A stretch of 64,000 nucleotides of DNA from Nemertoderma westbladi. Its lineage: Eukaryota > Animalia > Xenacoelomorpha. The notes under the pieces are model-generated. The model had not been told where the DNA came from and did no database searches. It saw nothing but the letters and a program-made list of their open reading frames with translations. Below are positions 13,001 through 25,732 of the stretch, piece by piece. Numbering within the stretch: the first letter of the stretch is position 1; every line of letters starts with the position of its first letter. The position numbers were made by a program, and so were the translations under genes. The stretch spans positions 9,664-73,663 of the forward strand of contig JAUCBJ010006005.1 in NCBI GenBank assembly GCA_032718475.1. The letters run 5' to 3'.

Positions 13001-16000
13001 TATTTGTACCTGGTCTATTCGTACCCAGACACTTCGTACCTGTACTATTTGTACCTGGTCTATTCGTACCCAGACACTTCGCACCTAGACTATTTGTACC
13101 TGGTCTATTCGTACACAGACACTTCGCACCTAGACTATTTGTACCTGGTCTATTCGTACCCAGACACTTCGCACCTAGACTATTTGTACCTGGTCTATTC
13201 GTACCCAGACACTTCGCACCTAGTACTATTTGTACCTGGTCTATTCGTACCCAGACACTTCGTACCTGTACTATTTGTACCTGGTCTATTCGTACCCAGA
13301 CACTTCGCACCTAGACTATTTGTACCTGGTCTATTCGTACACAGACACTTCGCACCTAGACTATTTGTACCTGGTCTATTCGTACCCAGACACTTCGCAC
13401 CTAGACTATTTGTACCTGGTCTATTCGTACCCAGACACTTCGTACCTGTACTATTTGTACCGGTCCATTCGTACCCAGACACTTCGTACATGTACTATTT
13501 GTACCTGGTCTATTCGTACCCGGACGCTTCGTACTTGGACTATTTGTACCTGGTCTATTCGTACCCAGACACTTCGTACCTGTACTATTTGTACCTGGTC
13601 CATTCGTACCCGGACACTTCGTACCTGTACTATTTGTACCTGGTCTATTCGTACCCAGACACTTCGTACCTGTACTATTCCTGTACCCAGACACTTCGCA
13701 CCTAGACTATTTGTACCTGGTCTATTCGTACACAGACACTTCGCACCTAGACTATTTGTACCTGGTCTATTCGTACCCAGACACTTCGCACCTAGTACTA
13801 TTTGTACCTGGTCCATTCGTACCCAGACACTTCGTACCTGTACTATTTGTACCTGGTCTATTCGTACCCAGACACTTCGTACCTGTACTATTTGTACCTG
13901 GTCTATTCGTACACAGACACTTCGCACCTAGACTATTTGTACCTGGTCTATTCGTACCCAGACACTTCGCACCTAGACTATTTGTACCTGGTCTATTCGT
14001 ACCCAGACACTTCGTACCTGTACTATTTGTACCGGTCCATTCGTACCCAGACACTTCGTACATGTACTATTTGTACCTGGTCTATTCGTACACGGACGCT
14101 TCGTACTTGGACTATTTGTACCTGGTCTATTCGTACCCAGACACTTCGTACCTGTACTATTTGTACCGGTCCATTCGTACCCGGACACTTCGTACCTGTC
14201 CTATTAGTACCTGGTCCATTCGTACCCTGACACTTCGTACATGTACTATTTGTACCTGGTCTATTCGTACACGGACGCTTCGTACATGTACTATTTGTAC
14301 CTGGTCTATTCGTACCCAGACACTTCGTACCTGTACTATTTGTACCTGGTCTATTCGTACCCAGACACTTCGCACCTAGACTATTTGTACCTGGTCTATT
14401 CGTACACAGACACTTCGCACCTAGACTATTTGTACCTGGTCTATTCGTACCCAGACACTTCGTACCTGTACTATTTGTACCGGTCCATTCGTACCCAGAC
14501 ACTTCGTACATGTACTATTTGTACCTGGTCTATTCGTACACGGACGCTTCGTACTTGGACTATTTGTACCTGGTCTATTCGTACCCAGACACTTCGTACC
14601 TGTACTATTTGTACCGGTCCATTCGTACCCGGACACTTCGTACCTGTCCTATTAGTACCTGGTCCATTCGTACCCTGACACTTCGTACATGTACTATTTG
14701 TACCTGGTCTATTCGTACCCAGACACTTCGTACCTGTACTATTTGTACCTGGTCTATTCGTACCCAGACACTTCGTACCTGTACTATTTGTACCTGGTCT
14801 ATTCGTACCCAGACACTTCGCACCTAGACTATTTGTACCTGGTCTATTCGTACCCAGACACTTCGCACCTAGACTATTTGTACCTGGTCTATTCGTACCC
14901 AGACACTTCGTACCTGTACTATTTGTACCTGGTCCATTCGTACCCAGACACTTCGTACCTGTACTATTTGTACCTGGTCCATTCGTACCCAGACACTTCG
15001 TACCTGTACTATTTGTACCTGGTCTATTCGTACCCAGACACTTCGTACCATGTACTATTTGTACCTGGTCTATTCGTACCCGAACGCTTCGTACATGTAC
15101 TATTTGTACCGGTCCATTCGTACCCGAACACTTCGTACCTGTACTACTTGTACCTGGTCTATTCGTACCCGAACGCTTCGTACATGTACTATTTGTACCG
15201 GTCCATTCGTACCCGAACACTTCGTACCTGTACTATTTGTACCGGTCCATTCGTACCCAGACACTTCGTACATGTACTACTTGTACCTGGTCTATTCGTA
15301 CCCGAACGCTTCGTACATGTACTATTTGTACCGGTCCATTCGTACCCGAACACTTCGTACCTGTACTATTTGTACCGGTCCATTCGTACCCGAACACTTC
15401 GTACCTGTACTACTTGTACCTGGTCTATTCGTACCCGAACGCTTCGTACATGTACTATTTGTACCGGTCCATTCGTACCCGAACGCTTCGTACATGTACT
15501 ATTTGTACCGGTCCATTCGTACCCAGACACTTCGTACATGTACTACTTGTACCTGGTCTATTCGTACCCGAACGCTTCGTACATGTACTATTTGTACCGA
15601 TCCATTCGTACCCGAACACTTCGTACCTGTACTATTTGTACCGGTCCATTCGTACCCAGACACTTCGTACATGTACTATTTGTACCGGTCCATTCGTACC
15701 CAGACACTTCGTACATGTACTACTTGTACCTGGTCCATTCGTACCCAGACACTTCGTACCTGTACTATTTGTACCGGTCCATTCGTACCCAGACACTTCG
15801 TACATGTACTACTTGTACCTGGTCTATTCGTACCCGAACGCTTCGTACATGTACTATTTGTACCGGTCCATTCGTACCCGAACACTTCGTACCTGTACTA
15901 TTTGTACCGGTCCATTCGTACCCAGACACTTCGTACATGTACTACTTGTACCTGGTCCATTCGTACCCAGACACTTCGTACCTGTACTATTTGTACCGGT

Positions 16001-19000
16001 CCATTCGTACCCAGACACTTCGTACCTGTACTATTTGTACCGGTCCATTCGTACCCAGACACTTCGTACCTGTACTATTTGTACCGGCCCATTCGTACCC
16101 AGACACTTCGTACATGTACTACTTGTACCTGGTCCATTCGTACCCAGACACGTCGTACCTGGACTATTTGTACCGGTCCATTCGTACCCAGACACTTCGT
16201 ACCTGAACTATTTGTACCTGGTCTATTCGTACCCAGACACTTCGTACCTGTACTATTTGTACCTGGTCCATTCGTACCCTGACACTTCGTACATGTACTA
16301 TTTGTACCTGGTCTATTCGTACACGGACGCTTCGTACTTGGACTATTTGTACCGGTCCATTCGTACCCGGACGCTTCGTACCTGGACTATTTGTACCTGG
16401 TCCATTCGTACCCAGACACTTCGTACCTGTACTATTTGTACCGGTCCATTCGTACCCAGACACTTCGTACCTGAACTATTTGTACCTGGTCTATTCGTAC
16501 CCAGACACTTCGTACATGTACTATTTGTACCTGGCCCATTCGTACCCAGACACTTCGTACCTGTACTATTTGTACCTGGCCCATTCGTACCCAGACACTT
16601 CGTACCTGTCCTATTAGTACCTGGTCCATTCGTACCCTGACACTTCGTACATGTACTATTTGTACCTGGTCTATTCGTACCCAGACACTTCGTACCTGAA
16701 CTATTTGTACCTGGTCTATTCGTACCCAGACACTTCGTACATGTACTATTTGTACCTGGCCCATTCGTACACAGACACTTCGTACATGTACTATTTGTAC
16801 CTGGCCCATTCGTACCCAGACACTTCGTACCTGTACTATTTGTACCTGGTCCATTCGTACCCAGACACTTCGTACCTGTCCTATTAGTACCTGGTCCATT
16901 CGTACCCAGACACTTCGTACCTGTACTATTTGTACCGGTCTATTCGTACACGGACGCTTCGTACTTGGACTATTTGTACCTGGTCTATTCGTACCCAGAC
17001 ACTTCGTACATGTACTATTTGTACCTGGTCTATTCGTACCCAGACACGTCGTACCGAGACTATTTGTACCTGGTCTATTCGTACCCAGACACTTCGTACA
17101 TGTACTATTTGTACCTGGCCCATTCGTACACAGACACTTCGTACATGTACTATTTGTACCTGGCCCATTCGTACCCAGACACTTCGTACCTGTACTATTT
17201 GTACCTGGCCCATTCGTACCCAGACACTTCGTACCTGTCCTATTAATACCTGGTCCATTCGTACCCAGACACTTCGTACCTGTACTATTTGTACCGGTCT
17301 ATTCGTACACGGACGCTTCGTACTTGGACTATTTGTACCTGGTCTATTCGTACCCAGACACTTCGTACATGTACTATTTGTACCTGGTCTATTCGTACCC
17401 AGACACGTCGTACCGAGACTATTTGTACCTGGTCTATTCGTACCCAGACACTTCGTACATGTACTATTTGTACCTGGTCTATTCGTACACGGACGCTTCG
17501 TACTTGGACTATTTGTACCTGGTCTATTCGTACCCAGACACTTCGTACATGTACTATTTGTACCTGGTCTATTCGTACCCAGACACATCGTACCTGTACT
17601 ATTTGTACCTGGTCTATTCGTACCCAGACACTTCGTACATGTACTATTTGTACCTGGTCTATTCGTACACGGACGCTTCGTACTTGGACTATTTGTACCT
17701 GGTCTATTCGTACCCAGACACTTCGTACATGTACTATTTGTACCTGGTCTATTCGTACCCAGACACATCGTACCTGTACTATTTGTACCTGGTCTATTCG
17801 TACCCGGACGCTTCGTACATGTACTATTTGTACCGGTCTATTCGTACACGGACGCTTCGTACTTGGACTATTTGTACCTGGTCTATTCGTACCCAGACAC
17901 TTCGTACCTGTTCTATTAGTACCTGGTCCATTCGTACCCTGACACTTCGTACATGTACTATTTGTACCGGTCTATTCGTACACGGACGCTTCGTACTTGG
18001 ACTATTTGTACCTGGTCTATTCGTACCCAGACACTTCGTACATGTACTATTTGTACCTGGTCTATTCGTACCCAGACACATCGTACCTGTACTATTTGTA
18101 CCTGGTCTATTCGTACCCAGACACTTCGTACATGTACTATTTGTACCTGGTCTATTCGTACACGGACGCTTCGTACTTGGACAATTTGTACCTGGTTTAT
18201 TCGTACCTGGTCTATTCGTACCCAGACACGTCGTACCGAGACTATTTGTACCTGGTCCATTTGTACCCAGACACATCGTACCTGTACTATTTGTACCTTG
18301 TCCATTTGTACACAGACACTTCGTACATGTACTATTTGTACCTTGTCCATTTGTACACAAACACTTCGTACATGTACTATTTGTACCTGGTCTATTCGTA
18401 CCCAGACACGTCGTACCGAGACTATTTGTACCTGGTCCATTCGTACCCAGACACTTCGTACCTGTACTATTTGTACCGGTCCATTCGTACCCGGACGCTT
18501 CGTACCTGGACTATTTGTACCTGGTCTAATCGTACCCAGACACTTCGTACCTGTACTATTTGTACCGGTCCATTCGTACCCGGACGCTTCGTACCTGGAC
18601 TATTTGTACCTGGTCCATTCGTACCCAGACACTTCGTACCTGTACTATTTGTACCGGTCCATTCGTACCCGGACGCTTCGTACCTGGACTATTTGTACCT
18701 GGTCCATTCGTACCCAGACACTTCGTACCTGTACTATTTGTACCGGTCCATTCGTACCCGGACGCTTCGTACCTGGACTATTTGTACCTGGTCCATTCGT
18801 ACCCAGACACTTCGTACCTGTACTATTTGTACCGGTCCATTCGTACCCGGACGCTTCGTACCTGGACTATTTGTACCTGGTCCATTCGTACCCAGACACT
18901 TCGTACCTGTACTATTTGTACCGGTCCATTCGTACCCGGACCCTTCGTACCTGGACCATTTGTACCTGGTCTATTCGTACCCAGACACGTCGTACCGAGA

Positions 19001-20448
19001 CTATATGTACCTGGTCCATTCGTACCCGGACGCTTCGTACCTGTACTATTTGTACCGGTCCATTCGTACCCGGACGCTTCGTACCTGTACTATTTGTACC
19101 GGTCCATTCGTACCCGGACGCTTCGTACCTGGACTATTTGTACCGGTCCATTCGTACCCGGACGCTTCGTACCTGGACTATTTGTACCGGTCCATTCGTA
19201 CCCGGACACTTCGTACCTGTACTATTTGTACCTGGTCTATTCGTACACAGACACTTCGTACCTGTACTATTTGTACCTGGTCTATTCGTACCCAGACACT
19301 TCGTACCTGGACTATTTGTACCGGTCCATTCGTACCCGGACGCTTCGTACCTGGACTATTTGTACCGGTCCATTCGTACCCGGACGCTTCGTACCTGGAC
19401 TATTTGTACCGGTCCATTCGTACCCGGACGCTTCGTACCTGGACTATTTGTACCGGTCCATTCGTACCCGGACGCTTCGTACCTGGACTATTTGTACCGG
19501 TCCATTCGTACCCGGACACTTCGTACCTGTACTATTTGTACCTGGTCTATTCGTACACAGACACTTCGTACCTGTACTATTTGTACCGGTCCATTCGTAC
19601 CCGGACGCTTCGTACCTGGACTATTTGTACCGGTCCATTCGTACCCGGACGCTTCGTACCTGGACTATTTGTACCGGTCCATTCGTACCCGGACACTTCG
19701 TACCTGTACTATTTGTACCTGGTCTATTCGTACACAGACACTTCGTACCTGTACTATTTGTACCTGGTCCATTCGTACCCAGACACTTCGTACCTGTACT
19801 ATTTGTACCGGTCCATTCGTACCCGGACGCTTCGTACCTGGACTATTTGTACCTGGTCTATTCGTACCCAGACACATCGTACCTGTACTATTTGTACCTG
19901 GTCCATTCGTACCCGGACGCTTCGTACCTGTACTATTTGTACCGGTCCATTCGTACCCGGACGCTTCGTACCTGTACTATTTGTACCTGGTCTATTCGTA
20001 CCCGAACGCTTCGTACCTGTACTATTTGTACCGGTCCATTCGTACCCGGACGCTTCGTACCTGTACTATTTGTACCGGTCCATTCGTACCCAGACACTTC
20101 GTACCTGTTCTATTTGTACCTGGTCTATTCGTACCCAGACAGTTCGTACATGTACTATTTGTACCTGGTCTATTCGTACCCGAACGCTTCGTACCTGTAC
20201 TATTTGTACCGGCCCATTCGTACCCGGACACTTCGTACCTGGACTATTTGTACCGGTCCATTCGTACCCAGACACTTCGTACCTGTACTATTTGTACCTG
20301 GTCTATTCGTACCCGAACGCTTCGTACCTGTACTATTTGTACCGGTCCATTCGTACCCAGACACTTCGTACCTGTACTATTTGTACCGGTCCATTCGTAC
20401 CCGGACGCTTCGTACCTGTACTATTAGTACCGGTCCATTCGTACCCAG
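10060..20448. repeat. 10.4-kb tandem array: 15-bp GTAC-core subunits arranged as 44/45-bp trimers
   Basis: Unit CTATTTGTACCTGGT-CTATTCGTACCCAGA-CACTTCGTACCTGTA, about 230 trimers. It resumes at 25684-25732 and 27827-28258. Confidence 0.97.
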
Positions 20449-21424
20449 TAAGCAACCGAGGGTGGACTCTCTATAGCCGAGGGGCACTTGTATAATAACT
20501 AATAATCACGAACCCCATCCTCTTATAATATATAACTCTGTAGTAGTCAGTAGCAGTAGTAATAGTAGTAGTAGTAGTAGTAGTATAAGTAGTAAGTAAT
20601 AGTAAAGGAGATCGGTTTAAACCAAAGTGATAAAGTAACATTATCATATAACATAATCATATAGACAAAGTAGAATAAGATACAGATTCATAATTATTTT
20701 ATCAAACTCATGTACTACACTGAAAAAAGTAACTACATCTCGTTTGAAAAAGTGCCACTATCAATTATTAGTGGCATTAATTAATTTTGAAAGTTGCGAT
20801 TTTACTAAACTGCAATTTTTTTCGAAATATGCAATTATTTATTTTTCCAAATTACAAAAACCCATTTTGTTAAATTTAATTAAATGTACTTCTAGAATAT
20901 ACCAGGTTATGGAAATTACTAAATATATTAAAGTTCCACTTTTTTGAATTTCTGTAAAAAGGTGCGCTTTTAAACAAGTGTTGTAAAGTGCTATTTTAAA
21001 ACAAAAAAAATTAAAAAAGTACCCTAATCAGTAAACAGTTACGATTTTAAACTTTTAACGCAAACGTGACCCATGAAAATGTGAATATTGTGTAAAAAGA
21101 TACGATATGCTTTAAAGGAAACAAATCATATCTTAGGAGGATTGAAGAGCCTCTTTAAATTAAAATTCAGTAACATACACTTTTTAAACTTTTTGTAAAA
21201 AGTTACTGCCTGGTACAGTTGTTGAGAAATTGACCGGTATACAGAACCTGTATAGGTACATTTAGTTTCGATTTATTGTAAGTCAACATAACAGCTGTGC
21301 TAATTGTTCTATAGGCTTTCATTGAATCATGCATACTTAGTGGTTATCAGATATTGCATTATTTTAGTAGTACTGGTACGTGAGTTGTATATTATTTGGA
21401 ATAAATCGTAGAATTTACTGTGGG

Positions 21425-21610
21425 GCGAGCTTCAAAGCTTCAAAGTGAGAGAGCCAAAGCATATGGGTACCATTAACGAGTTGTATGTCGTCGTCGTCAT
21501 ACATTTTTGATGCTAGTAACTCTCGGTCATTCCTTGATGAAATTAAACCAAACCTTGTCCGTATGTAGTACTCCAAAAGTTTAGAAAGAATCTGAAGTTT
21601 GGTCAAAAAT
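21425..21610. repeat. Dispersed repeat fragment, possibly a DINE/HINE-like end; inverted homolog at 50094-50205
   Basis: CTCGGTCATTCCTTGATGAAATTAAAC here matches GTTTAATTTCATCAAGGAATGACCGAG at about 50098, and the GCATATGGGT...ATTAACGAGTTGT segment is also shared. Confidence 0.6.
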
Positions 21611-21701
21611 CAGACAATCTGTCAGTCGCTACCGGTAGTTTAAGACTTTTGATAAAAACCAAAATAACTTCGAAAGTCGGAATATTTGCAATATTTATCA
21701 A

Positions 21702-22345
21702 ATGGCGGAATCAGTGTGTTATGTGTATCCGGAGATGCAGATTAAACACCACCGCCTTCACGATAAAATTGCATTTTTCCATCATAAGTTATCCGTACAC
21801 AAGGCGAACAAGTCTTACCGACACAGGGGTGCCGCAGCCGATACAGCGATAGGCCTAAGGACACCACCGTTGATCCATCCAAGGCCTACAACAAGGGCGA
21901 TGACAATGAAAGTGTTACTACCGGTACCGATACCTCGGTAAAATCGACTTCTGTGGTGGGTCAAGTGTTGAGTAAGGATGCAACTAAGAGATTTACTGGC
22001 TGCAAACGAATGAAAGTGAACGTGTTGACGGCTAAGAAAAAAATTAAAAACCAAGAAAGAAAACGGTTCTTGTAGACCTACAGGAGGATCTGCGGAGTTC
22101 AGATGATCCCGAATCGGATAATTCCGATTCAACAACCGCTTCCAGTTCGAGCCTCGAGTCAGTGTCTATTTTGGAGTCAGATCTAGGAGATGCTGAATAT
22201 ATTCCTGGAGGAGGAGGCGGCGCTCTCATTTGGGCGAGAATGAGAAAAAAGGATATACCCTGGCCTGGTAAGGTTTCTTCTGTTGCACCAGATAGAACTG
22301 ACCCTCCTCCGATGTTTGTTGCGTTATATGTCATGTCTTATATCA
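21702..22345 (+). pseudogene. Frameshifted gene remnant ending in a PWWP-like motif, inside the CACTA element
   Basis: Across frameshifts: MAESVC..., then KRMKVNVLTAKKK, then KPRKKTVLVDLQEDLRSSDDPESDNSDS...GALIWARMRKKDIPWPGKVSSV. Confidence 0.5.
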
Positions 22346-25300
22346 GTATAACTGTCTGTTATGAAATAACCGAAGCAGCGGCTGCCATAGAAACTGTAAA
22401 ACTGTTATGTGTTAAATATTTGATCAATCTCGTGTATATTAATAGCCATAATTATAGTAATAGATTCTCGTGTTGTTTATTATTCACTATTAAACTGTTA
22501 TGGGGATAAACTTTTGGGTCAATATTCATCATACCTTAAAAATATGACTTCATTTAATTTAAAGAAATTTACACTCATTATTAAAAAGAATATAAGTTCC
22601 CCTTTGATAAGCAAACCAAACTAGTTCTTCTTTACAGTGAAAAGTACCTCTTTTTCACATACTAAGTAATATAAGTTGATCTTAAATATTGCGGGGAGTG
22701 GTATTTTTAAATAGAAAGTAGCACTTTAATTGGAAATCAAGTACCACTTTATATTTTAATAAGTGCTGCTTAATCTAAAAAGTGCATGTTTTAAATGATT
22801 ATCCCACAAGTAAAGTACATATTACATTAAAAAAAGCTGAGCTTTATTCCTACTAATGAATATAAAAACGTAAATAATATTCAGAAAAGTGTCGTTTTCT
22901 AAACAGAAAATCAGTACTAACATTATCAAAAAAGTACCACTTTTTAAAGTAATTAAAAGTGATCTTTTCTGCTCCTTGAAAAAGTGCCATTTTTATATTG
23001 TAATAAAAAGTGACTCTTTTTGCTACTTAAAAAAGTGCCGGTTTTTCAAAAAAGCGTATCTCGTTTGAGTACTCAAAACCAGATGCACTTTTTTGGAAAA
23101 TCGGCACTTTTTTATGAAAAAAGTACAACTTCGTTTTTTCAGTGTACTTACTTCAATGTGCCAATTGTAACAATAATTAAACATATTATTCCAATTAATC
23201 TGCGTTTGGCCCTATAAGATATTATACTGAAGTGTTTTATATCAATATATCCATGCGAGTAAACAAGAAGTGAAGTAAATGTTTATTATTATAGTTTTAG
23301 AAATTGAATGATATACCCAAGATAGTGAAATAGACAATATACCAGAAATTGCCATTTGATCAGATATATCAAAGCGGCGTCTTTAGTATAATACCGTAAT
23401 AGTATCAATTAACTCTGTTATACAATGTAAATATACTAAATCTATTTATAAATATATTATGAGCCCTACATTGTATATTTCTCCTACAGGTAGACAATGT
23501 AGTATGTTAAAACTTGATATAATTTGGTATAATGTATAACATATTACAAATAAGACTGAGGCAGCTAAACTATATTGCAAATAAATCAAATATCCTAAAG
23601 TAATATACTAGACCCTCCCTCCACCCTATAAATAGTGTTCACCACCTACCCCACCCACCGCCCTTATTACTTCATAATAATGAAAGATAGTACTGGCGCT
23701 CCGGTCACTCCGTTCCCTCCGCTGGGGGGGTTAAGTTGTAGGTTTTGACACTATGCAAAATCCGAGCACAGAGTTAGAAGCGCATTGGATAGGCGAACAT
23801 TTCTTGCAGTGAAAGTATTTCCATACCTATTATAGTTTTCGAGATAGTCAGACATGAGTAGCTAAAATTTGAATTTTTTTGGTAAAGTCTGATTTCACCG
23901 GTACCTATCATCCGAAATATGGATTGTGATATATCGTTAGATGCGGGTCCACTAACTGTACTTTCACATATTTTCAAGGAAAAAATTCGATCAAGGGTTT
24001 TCGAAATATTTTCGAATTACCGGAAGCAGACTTTGGACGACCATATCTCCGGTACCGGTAGGCCTATTGAGTCGAAATTTTTTTTAATCTACTTAGAACA
24101 CTCCAGTGAATGTTTTTTAGTTTGAAAGTTTTGCCCCAAAATGCTCAGAAGTAATTTCGAAAAAACTGATCATTTCGCGATCATGATCTTTTGACCCCCT
24201 AGAATTGAACTTTTTTATGGTCAAATTTTGGCTACCCCCCCTAATTCGAGGGTGAGGAATCTTTTTGTAATGTTAAGTTTTTTCATACGGTGAACTCACA
24301 GGACTTGGTCTTCGAAATAAAACCGAAAACATGATCTTTCCTGATCATGGCCTGATCAAATCGCTTTTTGAAAATTTTGAAATGCTCAAAAGTTGCCCCT
24401 TCTTAATAGAAGTCGATTAGTAAAAAAAAAATCGGGGGTCTCAAACAAAGTTTTAGAGAAAATCGGGAAAAACTGAAAAACACGATCTTTTATGATCAGG
24501 AAGCTGATCTCGAGAACTGGTTGCCCGATCGAGCCAATTTTTTTTTAATCAACTCAGAATAGACCATTGCACATTTCTTACAATGAATGTTTATTAGAAA
24601 AATGCTTAGATTCGATTTTAAATATACTGATCTTTTCGCGATCATGATCTTGAGTTTTGACCCACTAGACTTGAACTTTTTTATGCCCAAATTTTGGCTA
24701 CCCCCCATAATTCGAGGGCGAGGAATCTTTTTGTGATGTTAAGTTTTTCCATACGGTGAACTCCCAGGACTTGGTCTTCAAAATAAAACCGAAAACACGA
24801 TCTTTTCTGATCGCGGCCTGATCAAATCGCTTTTTGAAAATTTCGAAATGCTCAAAAGTTGCCCCTTCATCATAGAAGTCGATTCGTAAAAAAAAAACGG
24901 GGGTCTCAAACAAAGTTTTCGAGAAAATTTGAAAAAACCGAAAAATATCATCTTTAATGATCAGGTATCAGATCTCGAGAACCGGTTGTCCGATCGGGCC
25001 AATTTTTTTTTTAATCGACTCAGGGCGGTGTTCTGAACGTTTCCTACAGTAATTGTTTATATCCAAAATGCTTAGTTACGATTTTACGAAGTCCGATCTT
25101 TGCGCGATCATGATCTTGCGTTTTGACCGGGAAGAATTCATTTTTTTTTAAATCTTTTAACGGGAATCATGACTAATGTGGGGTCGCTGAATCTTTTTGT
25201 AATGTTAAGTTTTTCGATTGGAGCAAGCCTTGAGTGTCCGATTGCTGATCAAAACTGATCTTTGCTGATCATGGTCAAGATCATGATCTGATCACTCTCA

Positions 25301-25732
25301 ACTTTTTCATTTGAATGTAAACCCATATGCTGCCTATCGATTGGCGCCGGTCCCAAGTCCGTAGCATTAGCGGTTCTGGATTTATCTCCATAGCAACGTG
25401 GTTGCTAGGGAAGCGGACTTTTTGACTCAAATTGGCCCTAGCTGGAGAACCGTGACTTTTTTAACACATTATGTATGGCGAAAAGTCTTCTGGATAAATT
25501 TTGGGGGGGGGGGGGGGGGGGTCTAGGAACATCCTATTGTTCGTTTTCGCTTAGTTGCTGAGATCCTCTCGTCCCACAAATTCCAGGATTCTATAAAGGC
25601 ATTCTGCTGGACTAGTTCCGTGGCCGGAATAGTGTTCGGTGTTCTGCGAACAGAGAACCTAATCGGTTTAGGGCCCTGACAGTCCAGACACTTCGTACCT
25701 GTTCTATTTGTACCTGGTCTATTCGTACCCAG

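Larger units (their letters stand above)
20718..23144. mobile_element. Non-autonomous CACTA/EnSpm-type element, 2427 bp, TA TSD
   Basis: CACTGAAAAAA...TTTTTTCAGTG. The empty site CATGTACTA|CTTACTTC in block X copy 2 (about 26001) shows a 2-bp TA duplication. AAAAGT(G/A)C subterminal motifs are present. Confidence 0.93.
20449..25683. repeat. Duplicated block X, copy 1 (includes a CACTA insertion and an internal repeat of about 465 bp rich in GATC; possibly Helentron-like)
   Basis: Near-identical to 25733-27826 with the same junctions (CCAG|TAAGCAACC ... GACAGT|CCAG). The Helentron suggestion rests only on a weak hairpin plus CTTGT at 20458-20491. Confidence 0.85.

Noticed and set aside
9999-20495. 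Long ORFs (up to 898 aa) in several frames
   Set aside because: They are translations of a stop-poor 15/45-bp tandem repeat. They are open in overlapping frames on both strands, shift frame at 44-bp units, and lie inside a SEC24 intron.
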